Shown one piece after another: positions 52,160-63,688 of a stretch of DNA of 64,000 nt (positions within the stretch are counted from its first letter, which is position 1; each line of letters begins with the position of its first letter). Below the pieces are notes generated by a model. That model was not told the origin of the DNA. It did no database searches and saw only the letters and a program-made list of their open reading frames with translations. Source of the DNA: Macrostomum lignano (lineage: Eukaryota); NCBI GenBank assembly GCA_002269645.1, contig NIVC01003828.1, forward strand, positions 10,867 through 74,866, given 5' to 3'. The position numbers were made by a program, and so were the translations under genes.

Positions 52160-54379
52160 AGTGGCTCATGCACTGTCGTCAGAACGTGGACTCTTCTCCA
52201 AAGACTTAGAGCAGCGTTAATGCTGATGCACTTTATTGTTTTCTATATTGCCTTAAGGCTCAAACATGCTTTTAGGAAACAAACAAGAGAGCGGTGCTCT
52301 AAAATATACGAATGCCTGTAGAGAGATAGGACATAGACAAAAAGCGAAACTTGAAGGGAACGAGAGAGTCAGTAAGAGAATTAATAGTAGTACATCAATG
52401 CGCGCGTTGATAGGAGGCATTCTCTCAATGCACAACATATTCTTCGATGAGTTTCAGCAAGTACACGCGTCGTGGGGGCGCTGCAAAAGAACCCACAGCG
52501 GCAGACAGTCTGCACGCATCGATTGATTAGTCGAAACTGGAGGGCCGGCACAGAACCGAGTGGTGGTGGAGGCGCTACAGTCTTGCTGAGCCTGTCAGCG
52601 AGCAAGCGCATCCCCGTTTTGACCTCTTCTGGCAGACTATCATAGTATGTCGACTATCACAGCAAGCTGCATGCGGCTGAAGCTGCTGCTGACGACGGAA
52701 ACGATGAAAGTGTCGCCCGAACCAAACCGCGTCGGCAGCATCAGCAGCAGCGAAAGTTGTCATCTTTGGCAGCGTCTGCGGTGGTTGTGGCGGCTACGGT
52801 CAAAGCGGCGGCGGCGGTGGCGGCAGAGGTGACTGAGTTCGAAGCGGCAGCATTTAGTCAGCCTTTAAAGCAGCATCAGCAAAATGCTGCAGTAGACAAA
52901 CTGGACGCCGCGGTTTACGGCAAGGTGGCGGCCAAACAGCTAGCCATTTTGAAGATATGTTCTTCGACGAGGAGACCGGTATTCGCGACCGGCAGGACGC
53001 TGGTTTCCGAAAGGAATGGCAGTTTTACAATCTGGCGATGACGGCGTTGGCCAGAATGAACCCAAGCGCCGGCTTTCGCGATGCCTCATTCTGGTTGACG
53101 GATCTAAGGCAGGCTGCCAGAGGTCCGGTCCTCGTCAGAGAGCTTAGGAACGGCACGCATCCGGGCTGAGGCAATCGTCAAGTGCGTCAAATATATGCTC
53201 GATTATATAGACAACGACCCGGCGCGACTAGCAGCTGTCATTTCATCATTGTGCGTTGGGCCCGTGTTTGTGGGGGAAATCACGTGCACCCAGACCAGAC
53301 CCCTGCCTCCTCTGGACAAAACCCATGCGCCAGTTGCTAAAAAAGCAACAGAGCCACCAATGACTCGCAGCGGGGGATCTTGTTTTCGATGGTGCAATAT
53401 TTTTCTCTATATATGCGAGCCCCCTCATGCCTTGGTTCAGATCAGTTCAGTTCAGTTCGTTTCATTTCTTTATATTAAGACGCAGAGGGGAGGCCCCTTG
53501 CGCGCACGCGCTCGCAGAACAGGCGGGAGGGGCAGGCAGCAGCAGCCTGCGGGGTCAGCTAAAGCGCTTGCAAGTCAGCGATGAGGCAGTTCGTTAGAGT
53601 GGCAGAGCGGGCCTGGCCCCACGGCGCAATGCTCGGTTGGCCATTTCGATCATTTCTTTAGCTCTGTTCTCTCTCTCCAGTAAACGCAGTTCTGCAATTG
53701 CCCTATTTCTCCCATTGTCCTGACTCAGTTCTCATCCTAAACCAAGACCTCTGAGTCTGCTCTGAGGCTAACACCGTCCTCCCAGTCGACCCACTGAGCC
53801 CGACAGGATCTGCTGACTATTAGTCTGAAATCGCTAATCTGCCTGAAGTGCTGTGTTCGCTTGTCTTTGTTATTTCGTTCCGACGGGATCCTCACCTCAC
53901 CGAAGGCTGAGATCCGAAGGGACTGGTGGCAGCAACTACCAACGCTACTGATAAATAGATTCCTGAGAAAACCCAAGAGCTCCGTGCTAGCACAACTTGA
54001 GAACCACAGATACAACATAGGTGGCAGCCGTGAGATTTAAAGACCGATTTTAAAAACACTACTTGTGTCGACCATAGATCTTAGAACCAGTCAGCTGTTT
54101 AGGCTGTAGGGTTAGTGGGACTATAAATACATCGTAAATTCCTAGTTTTTTCCACGAGAAAAAACTTGAAAGGAACTGATTTAGACTTCCCTCGCGTTCA
54201 AGCGAAAACCACTAAAGTTGAAGCGGGATAAATATTTATAAACTCACCCAGCCAATATAATTAAAACGGGGACTACATCATGGATGAAGGAATAGAAAGG
54301 ATGGCTCATCTGAAAGTGAGTCTATGGCCAAGGCTTCCTAAAAATTGGGTTATTCCCCCATGAATTTCATTGGCTGCTT

Positions 54380-57300
54380 GAATTTAATAATCAAGTCATG
54401 ACACTTTTCCCCTCTCAGAAGAAGTCCGCTCCCTATCAATCACAGCTCCCGAGTTGCGAGTAGGTCAGCTTCTCAGGTGGCCGTCGCCGGCGTGCAGGCT
54501 GCAGTCCGCAGGGCGCGTCTGGCGGCTCCGGCTCCGGGTCCTCCGCGCCGGTCCCGGTCGAGTCCGCAGCCTCAGCTGCCTCGGTCCCGGCTGCTGGACC
54601 GTCAGGTTCGTCGCTCTCGACTCGCCGGCCCCGCAGTTGGTCGGCATGACGGCGCCAGGTCAGGCCGTCGCTCGTTTCGACTCGGAAGCTCAGCGGCCCA
54701 GTCTGCTCGAGAACTTTTGCTGGTTGCCAGGCCGCCGCATTAGGCCGGTAGTCCCTGGCCCAGGCCTCCGACCACGGCTCCTCCGGCAGCTCCCGCGACC
54801 GCCGGTCGTGCTGTCGTTTCTGGGCAGATTGCTCCCGCAGTACTCGATCCCGAGCTGACGGCCACAGCAGGTCCATTCGAGTCCGGAGCTGCCGCTTCAA
54901 GAAGAGCTCCGCTGGTGTCCGGCCGGTCGTTGGGTGCGGGCTAGCTCGGTAGCCCAGCAGCCAGTTGCACAGGCGGATGTGGAGGTCCGGCTGACTGCTC
55001 CGTGACGCCTCCATGGCCATCTTGAACGACTTCACCAGCCGTTCCACAAGTCCGTTGGTCTTGGCGTGATATGGACTGCTTCTTGTGTGGCGAATTCCAT
55101 TTGCTTTGCAGAAATCGCTAAATCCTTGGCTGATGAATGCTGGACCGTTGTCCGATGCCAGTTCTCTCGGCAGGCCCCATTGTGCAAACAACACTCGCAG
55201 CTTGCGAACCAGCTCGGCCGATTCGAGTGTTGACACGGCCTCCACATGCGGCCACTTTGAGTGCGCGTCGACTACGAGGAGAAACTGGCGGCCTCGAACC
55301 GGCCCGGCAAAGTCAACGTGGATGCGGTCCCAGGGCTGGTCTGGCCACACCCAGGGGTGCAGTGGAGCCAGCACCGGACGCAACTTAACGGATTGGCAGG
55401 CTTGGCAGCTGCTGGCAACCGACTCGATGTTAGCATCCATTCCTGGCCACCAGACGGAGGTTCTGGCGACACTTTTCATCCGGGCCATGCCGAAATGTTC
55501 CACGTGTAACTCGCGCAGAACTCCAGGTCGCAACGCTTCCGGAACCAGTACGCGAGTTCCCCAGATCACGCAGCCGTCTTCCACGCTTAGTTCTAGTCGA
55601 CGACGAAAGTAGGGCTTGAGCCGCGGCGGAACCAACTCTGGCCAGCCAGTCATCATCCGGAGAACATCTCGGAGCTCGTCATCTTGCTTCGTTGCTGCCG
55701 CTACATCCGCCGCCGTCAATGGGAACTCGCCCGTCAGCTGACAGACCCGATCGTCGTCGTCTGGGCTGTCGTCCTTCATCTGCAGGGGCAAGCGAGACAG
55801 GCCGTCTGCGTTGCTGTGCTGAGCAGTCTTGCGGAACCGGATGCTGTAGCTGTACCCTGACAGCAGCAGTGCCCATCTCTGAAGTCGCCCTGCTGCAGTC
55901 GGGGAGATGCCAACCTTCGGTCCGAAAATCGTCAACGGTTTGATGATTTGATGATCCGTAATTATCGTGAAGCTCCGGCCGAACAGGTACTGGTGGAACC
56001 GCTTGATAGCGAACACGATGGCGAGGCCTTCTTTCTCAATTTGCGAGTAATTTCGCTCCGCTGCTGACAGAGTCCTTGAAGCAAAAGTCACCGGCCGTTC
56101 CGAGCCGTCCTCCATCGTGTGGGACAGCACCGCGCCAATGCCTACCGATGAAGCATCCGCGGCCACCACCACTGGAAGCTGCTCGTTGAAATGCGTCAGC
56201 ACGCTGTCCGAACTCAGTTCTTGCTTAAGATGGTCCCAGGCTCGGTCCTCCGTCTCAGCCCACCGCCAGTCCGTCTCCTTCCTCAACAGTTGATACAGAG
56301 GAGCAGCGATCGTGGAGAAGTCTTGACATGTCGAGCATAGTAGTTTGCGAGGCCCAAGAATGATCGCAGCTCTGATACTGTCGCTGGCTTCGGGCTGTTG
56401 ACTATTGCTTCCACCTTCTGAGGTAGCTTCTTGACTCCGTCCTTGCTCAGCAACGAGCCCAGGTATTCGACTTCTTGCAGAAATTTGCACTTGATTCGCT
56501 TCAGCCGCAAGCCCGCCGCTCTCAGCCTGGTCGTACCTCGCGAAGCGCTGCTAGGTGCTCACTCATTGACGGACTGGAGACCAGGATGTCATCAATGCGG
56601 AAACAGACTCCCGGCACGCCCTTCAAAAGTGTTTCCATCAGCCTCTGGCAAATCGCAGGTGCCGAACTGACGCCAAATGGCAACCGGAGGTACTCGAAAA
56701 GCCCTTTATGCGTGTTGATGGTCGTCAGCTTGCAGCTCTCTTCGTCGAGTGGAAACTGAAGATAACATTGTGACAGATCGAGTTTTGAGAACAGCTGACC
56801 CTGTCCCACCTGCTCGTAAAGCTCTTCAGGCGTAGGCAGCGGGTATTGGTCGATGTGGAGCTGAGGGCTCAACGTCAGTTTATAGTCGCCGCACAGTCGG
56901 ACTGAGCCGTCCGCCTTGAGTACCGGAACCACTGGCGTAGCCCACTCGCTGTAGATCACCGGGCGGATGATGCCTTTGTTGAGCATGTCCTGGAGCTCGA
57001 GCTCCAGCTTGTCCCGCACTGCGAATGGCACGGGTCTGGCCTTGCAGAATCGAGGCTGTGCGTCACTTTTGAGTCTCAGTGCGACTGTCTGATCCTTCAA
57101 CTGCCCCAGGCTCTCGTCTAAAACATCAGCGAACTCCTCCAGCATTTGGTCGAGAGGCCCGCTGTTCTGCGCCGGCGCCTGGCTGATCTGGTTGGCAAAC
57201 AACTGAGTCCAGTTGAGTCGCACTTTTTCCAGCCAATTGCGTCCTAGCAATGGGCAGGCTCCGGTCTGACTGGTGACCACCAGCGGCAGCTTATCATGCT

Positions 57301-57960
57301 GTCTTCCGTCGTAGTTGACCCTGACCTCGGCTGTTCCCTTGACTTGTATTGGCTCGCCCGTCCAGGTCCGGAGTCGCAGGCATGTTAGTGTCAGCGGAGG
57401 TCGGCCGAGCTGCTTCCACACCGACTCCGGTACGAGGCTGACGCAGGCACCGGTGTCCAGCTGCATGGTGAGGGACTGGTCATTTATCAGCAGGCTTACG
57501 CTGATTTTCTTGGCCGATGCAGTGACTTGCGAAATCCAGCCAGTTGCTGCTTCCTCCTCCTCTTCCGTTTGCATTGCGTGCGCTGGTCCGTTCTCTGGCC
57601 GTCCGGCTTTCGTTGTACTGGAGGCTTTCTTGGCTGAGCGGAAAACTTTCTGCAGGTGTCCAACTTTCCCGCAGTTGTGGCACTTTGCGGTCCTGAAGTG
57701 GCAGGCTGCCGACAGGTGGCCTTTGAATCCGCACCTGTAGCACGCCTTAGAGTCTGGCGCTACCTGCTGGACTGAGCTGACCTCTGAGCTCGATTTCCAT
57801 TGCTCAGTTTCCGACTTTGCAATCTCCGCCGCGAGGGCAATTTTCTTGGCCGCATCCAGCGTGAGCTTCTCCTCCATCAGGAGTCGCTGCTGGGTCCGCT
57901 GGTCCCGAAGACCGCAGACGAAACAGTCTCGGAGAGCTTCTTCTCGAAACCCCCTGAACT
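54380..57960 (-). mobile_element. Ty3/Gypsy LTR retrotransposon (gag C-terminus, PR, RT, RNase H, IN), frameshifted and 5'-truncated
   Basis: Two CCHC knuckles, LDTGA protease, RT (LCGDYK, KLDL, LPFG, RIDD), RNase H (DASSVGIGAVL), integrase (HVDFAGP, SDNG, NGLVERLV). Frameshifts near 56520 and 56330. PPT gagaggggaaaag then TGT at 54403. Confidence 0.96.
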
Positions 57961-58039
57961 CGCACGAATTTACCAGAAGTAAATCTACTTTCGGATAATG
58001 CTTAAAAACGGAACTGAACTACGCTCGATAAGATATAAA

Positions 58040-59450
58040 TGCGAAGAATTGCGCTGCCTGCCACCGTTGAAAGAGGTCCAGTGCCGCAGGTGCCAAGGCC
58101 TCGGCCACCTTGAAAGCCGGGGGGAGGGCGGCTGCTCAGTTCAGGTGCAAGTGCGCTAGGGAGCATTTCTCAGGAGACTGCCTAATGGACACGGGCTTTA
58201 AGTGCGCGAATTGGGGCCTCGATCACTCAACCTTCTACAAATTCGAGAAATTAAATAAAATTACCTAACAAGCTGGAAACTGAGCGTGAGCATAGCAGAG
58301 TAATGGAGCTTAGAAGAAAATTTAGTCAGGGGGCTTTAGACATAGACAGGGGGATCCTAGTTAAGGCCCGGGACTTCAGGAGATCTTTCCGGTGTACTAG
58401 GTCAGTGGGTTGAGAGTAGCGATCCTGCGACCACCCAAACTGCGCCTGCTACCAAGACTGCGGACTCTGCAAGCGGTGAGCAGGGTTTTTATTAAAGTGA
58501 GGTCCTGGAGATAGTACTGAGGGCCCTCAACAGGCTTAAGGAGATCAATCCGGGTAAATCGCTTACTACATGGGAAGCAAGCCAGCTTGCAGCCCGTATA
58601 TTAAGGGAATTTCTGGCGACTTCTTGTGCCCAAGAGAGCCCGCAGTCAGGTAGGTGAAGCTGAAGTCACCTCGGTGTGCGGAACCGAGTCCTGAACTGAC
58701 TTTAAATAATTTATTTCAATTCGCAATGGCTACCAATAATACAAACGATCCCTGCTACCACCTCTGGCCACCCTAATTCTAACTTACCCTCAACATTGGG
58801 AACATTAACTGTAATAAGCTGAGCAACAAAATCTGAGATTAAAATGTGGCTGTACGGGTATAATGAGGAAATTGACATTGGTCTCTTTCTGAAACTCATT
58901 CTAACAAAAATAACGTTTTTGTCCAAGGGTACGCCATCATCAGGTACGATGTACCTGAGTGTCGCAGAGGACTGGCAGTTGCCTATTTAAACACCCTAAA
59001 TCTCAGGCGTTAACAAATACTTTGACAACTCCAACTATGAATTCGTTTTAATGTCCACCTTAACAATAAAACCATCGATATCATGCAGGTGTCTCTACTG
59101 TATAGGGCCTCCACCACTGATAGGCTTAATTTGGACATCCTAGAGCACCTGCTTGCTTACCCCAAATCAATTCTCATGGGGGATCTGAACTGTCGGCATC
59201 CCATCCTGGGCAGTGACAGCGCTTCCCCGGGAAACAGTTGATTGAACGGCTGGAACACCACCATGGCCCTCCTGCGATCTTCAATTCCTTTGGTGATCTT
59301 TGGTCCCTGGTATCTGGTGATTAACTATAGGGGAGGGAACGCGTCAGAACTAGGAATTTGCTCTCCCAAACTTGTTCAGCTTGTTAGTGAGGTGCTGGTA
59401 GGTTATGACATCGACAGTGATCACTTCCTAATAGTTACTAAAGTTTATCT
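58040..59450 (+). mobile_element. degraded non-LTR retrotransposon (ORF1 zinc knuckle plus APE endonuclease remnants)
   Basis: QCRRCQGLGH at 58079, ILMGDLNCRHPILG at 59170, DSDHFLIV at 59413. Many stops and frameshifts. Confidence 0.78.
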
Positions 59451-59807
59451 AGATCCCAACTCTGAGTTAGCCCATAAACGACCAAGAGCTTCTGGTGCGC
59501 TGATTAGGAAGCCTTTAGGTATTCCCTCACAGATAAACTTGAAAATTGTAGAAATATTCGGTCACGTATTTTTACTCTTAACCATTAGCCTCCCGCGTCT
59601 ATTTTTGCTCACCCCATAGCCTCATGTAGCAGCTCTGCTGCTATAGATGTAAAAGCTGAAAAATTCTGCCAGATCAAGTTTTCACCCCACTCCCTCTCAT
59701 AGGGCTGTCAAAAAATGGAAACATTAGTAGGCATCAGTAGGAAGTAGTGTGATGGGGTGAAAATATCGTTAAATCCCTGCGAAGCTCTTTTCCGGGATGT
59801 ATTTTTA

Positions 59808-60497
59808 CCATAGACACAAAACACCGAGCTAGAATTTGTATTTTTCGGGTTGTATATTTTATATTTCATTCTGGATGACAAAAAACGAGATTATGAATAT
59901 AACTAACTGGAAAAAGAAAATTTTCGGGTCTTATTAGTAGGCAGCAAAGTAGCTTAGTTTACTTAGATTAGTTGGTTAGTTTCGGCTTAAGGTTAATCAG
60001 TTTTTAGTTACTAACAGTTGGGTTCATTGCATGCTTGTAATCAATTTTTGATGATGACTGAGCAGTTATTAAAACTGAAATTCAGCTGACGCTCACCGCG
60101 GACGCTAGCTGCGTCTGTCTCAGCCTCACGTAGTATTTTAGCGTCCAATACAGCGCAGGAATTGGCTATTTGAATGTCGGACGTCCGCTTGTACGTGCGG
60201 ACTCCAGCCAAACTTCGGTGGCCTGTTCGTTCCATTATTTGCTGTTCTTCAACGCCAGCTTGGTAAAGACGTGTAGCACACGTAGCGCGTAGACTATGAT
60301 TAGTCTTGTGGCCAGAAATCTCGGCTTCAGTGCACATTTCATGCAGAAACTTTGCCAGGGTGTTTTTGCCAATTGGACGATTCGAGGACGATTGTTATGG
60401 AGTGAGGCTTTCCAGCTATTTATCTGTCCTCTGTCTGTCTTTATAAAATATGTCTATGGTATAGAATACACCCCCAATACAGTATTGATGTCTATGG
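59808..60497 (-). mobile_element. Crypton-like element remnant with intact catalytic C-terminus, bracketed by CCATAGAC...GTCTATGG
   Basis: RPIGKNTLAKFLHEMCTEAEISGHKTNHSLRATCATRLYQAGVEEQQIMERTGHRSLAGVRTYKR (H-x-x-R, H, Y). Motifs at 59808, 60452 and 60490. Confidence 0.88.
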
Positions 60498-60581
60498 CCA
60501 ATTTGCGGGTTGTAATTACATACAACCCGGAGAATTTTTACTAGCTGTTATATAAATTAGCGGGTTGTATTTTTAGCGCAT

Positions 60582-60751
60582 GAATTTAAGTGAGATGACA
60601 CATAGAGTTGAGGGATGTATTTATTTAAGCCCCGAGGGCCGCAGGCTCGGGCCGCAGGCTCGGCCGCAGGGGCCGCAGGCTCGGCCGCAGGGGCCGCAGG
60701 CTCGGCCGCAGGAATTTAAGTGAGATGACACATAGAGTTGAGGGATGTATT
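60582..60751. repeat. 40-bp perfect direct repeat flanking a 90-bp GGCCGCAGGCTC array
   Basis: 60582-60621 is identical to 60712-60751. Confidence 0.9.
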
Positions 60752-61249
60752 ATCTTATACGTATAAGTTGCTTGCATTATAATTCTAGCTTCATACACAG
60801 CTGTGTATGGCTAGCAGATCGAGTTGTCGGAGTCTGCTAAAATAGCTACCAGCCACTTCCAGAAGCAGGCCAGGATTGGTGTGAGCGTGAGAGCTTTACA
60901 TCGACAAACCGAATTCAAAAGTTTTACCATAGACATGTATTGCCTCGTATATTCATCTTATTCACTGCGTATTGAAATGAGAAAAACATTGCAAGCATAG
61001 AGATCCAGACATCTCTATGCTCGACATAGACAATTTTTTTTTTTATCGCAGTCATGAATGCAATAGTTTTAATACGTTCTCTGCAAAGCTTGTGCGACTG
61101 GACAAACGCTAGAGCAGACAGGGCTGCTACGCAAATTAAAAAAGAAAGCTGCATTGAAGCAGCAGGTGTTGAACCCACCATTCAACACCTTTTCTAGGCG
61201 TGGGGATCTGCCTGCCGTGAGATAGTGGATCGGCGAGCTTAGCCTCTAG

Positions 61250-61600
61250 TCTAAAAACCGTCTACATGCTAGACAGTGCTGGCACGGCCAACTGTGTGCA
61301 AGTTACAAGGGCTCAGCGAGGCGGTCAGGAGCAGCAGCTGCTGAAGGCACAGACAGCTTTGGACTATTATCAAAGCATGAGAGGAGTGGACAGGACGGAC
61401 GCTAGTTGTGAGCCGTACAAGACAAGTAGAAAAACAGAAGTGTTTTTTCAAGCTGGGTTCCTGTCTCTTGCTGCAAATTGTTTGCAACTCCTTTTATTAC
61501 CAACAAGCGCATTCGCGGATCCCGCAGTTCTTGCACTATTTAGAAGCATGTCAGCGAATTTTGCGAGGTAGCTATACCAGTATTGGGTGCTTGCGAGGTA
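61250..61600 (+). mobile_element. piggyBac-like transposase fragment
   Basis: ALDYYQSMRGVDRTD..YKTSRKT / CFFKL...VCNSFYY resembles the piggyBac DYN..MGGVD..D...Y...RK..W..K.F motif. Confidence 0.7.
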
Positions 61601-61690
61601 GAAGGCTCCTACAGCAGCCTGAGAGTTTTAAAAATGGTGAACATCCGCCTCCAACTGCGGAATCCGGTCTTTAGCACCTCGGGCCTAGGC

Positions 61691-62090
61691 TCATCTTCTT
61701 CCAGCCTGATTATCCTTCATGGTAAAGGAGATCAAACATTCGTCTCCTGTGACGACATCCGACAGTCGTCGTGGGCCGTGGGGCTCAAACATTTGCACCC
61801 ACAAGCGACAGATGCGCACCCTCTCTGCTTGCTGCTCTGGAGTGAGAGGATGGGGTACCCATCGAGCGCAGGTCTTTGTGCGGCCAAGTTGCTCATGCAT
61901 GATGTTATGAGCACTTCCATAGCTGACACCAAGCTCATAGGCAAGGAATCTCAGCTTAATGCTCCGATCCTCACGAATTTTTGGATCGGCACGGGCCACG
62001 ACATCTTCGGCCACGGATGTCCGGGGTCAGCCAGACCTCGGCTCATCGTTGAAGCTGTCCCGGCCTTCTGAGAAATGGCGCACCTAGCGG
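61691..62090 (-). mobile_element. mariner transposase fragment
   Basis: GRDSFNDEPRSG*P...CARWVPHPLT...VVTGDE (WVPHxL motif and first catalytic D). Confidence 0.88.
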
Positions 62091-63233
62091 GCAACTGTGT
62101 CAAATGATGGAGCAGAGTTAGCTAAAACATTTACCAGATCAGTATAAATATCAGTCGCTCTGCAGCCAAGTTGCATTCGCATAAAGATATAGAACAAACA
62201 GATATATATAGAGCACATATTAACTTTATTATTACACATGACTAGGAAAGAAAAACAGAACACATTTTTAAGCAGCATCAACAGGACAGAAAAACACATA
62301 CACACATTGCACTGGTAAATACGAGCAAAGCTCAAATATGGGGCACTTATTGGGACAACATTGTGCGGGATGTGATGTTAGAGGCATTTATTGTGACGCA
62401 CTTAATGGGAAATAGTCTGTTTTTTAACGCGGCTACTGTCTGTGACTAGAAAATGGTTCTGTAGTTGAGCCAGCAAAGTATAGCTCTCTCTAAATAAACA
62501 AAACAGAATAGCTTTCTAAGTAGCTTAAGTTTGAGTTTGGGAATATGTGAAACTTTGCTCAGTCAATGATTGCGTTCATGAGGTGTGTCTACACTACAAA
62601 ACTTTCACACCGCTTCTGAAGCCGAGTTCCGCTGATGCGTCGCGGATTGAGCAGAACTTGAATGCGGTCTCCGCAAGCACAGACGCCACTGGTTCAAGCC
62701 TTGTCGCTGAACTAGCTAGTGCCATTCCGCCTGCTCAACAGCAGCCTCCAGCCGGCTTCAGCCAGACAGTTGGTCAGCCGCCAAGTGGTCGCGAAATCGA
62801 TCAGTTGTTTTATGCACCAGTGGTGTGTGTATTGTTCTGAAGATGCAAATTACAACCGGTCTCAAATCCGAAGTCGTGCTGTGAGCCACATTTTGGGGCT
62901 CTAGCTTTTGCTTTTAATGATAATGATCCATATCATCTGGAAAGCAATACTGGAACTGATTGTTCAGCTGGAGCTGTAGTTGGTTGCTCAAATTACGAAA
63001 ATTTTGCTGCAGTCAATTCGAATTTTTATCCTCAGATGAATGCCTTGTCTGTGGTTCAAGATTTTTCTGCGCATTCAATGCCGTCCCAACTCGCTGATTT
63101 TTGTAACTGCGAATGCTGAAGATGGTGATCAGGTGACATTTTCAGCTAATGTCAATGTTAGTTCCGCGCGGATTGAAGAAAAAGGTGTCTCAATTACTCT
63201 ACCTGTTTCCTTAAAGGCTGAGGATGACGCAGG

Positions 63234-63688
63234 ATGCAGTGTTGTTTTGCAAAAGCTTGTCAAAAGACAACAAAGCTGCATTATTGCAAATATTGTGGCA
63301 AAATGTTGACAAAAATCTCTCGGCACTACAAAACAGCTCATAAAGCAGAATCTGACGTTAAGCGCTTGCAGCAGATCCGCCGTGAGTCCATTCGTAGAGA
63401 GGCATTAAAGGCCCTTGAAGTGAAGGCAATTATATTCACAATAAAATGGTTTTCGCAAAACGAGAAGGTGAATTGATAATTACAAGGAGACAAAAGGACG
63501 ATGAAAGTTCTCCAGCGAGTTTTCTTCCCTGTCATCGATGCTTTCAATTCATAAAGAAGGATCTTCTCTACCGCCACAGAAACGCATGCTTCGGTAGCCT
63601 GGCTGATATTATTAAGGAAGACGAGAATGACGCCAATGGAGACACTGAGAACTCTTTGTCTGCGGCACCAGTCTTTAGCCAGGATTAG
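63234..63688 (+). mobile_element. frameshifted Cys/His-rich ORF, probably the N-terminus of a tyrosine-recombinase (Crypton-type) element protein
   Basis: LHYCKYCGKMLTKISRHYKTAHKAESDV.../GNYIHNKMVFAKREGELIITRR...FLPCHRCFQFIKKDLLYRHRNAC, joined by one frameshift near 63430. The family link is from recollection and was not searched. Confidence 0.5.

Noticed and set aside
54454-57740. Plus-strand ORFs over the Gypsy
   Set aside because: Antisense shadows of GC-rich pol coding sequence.
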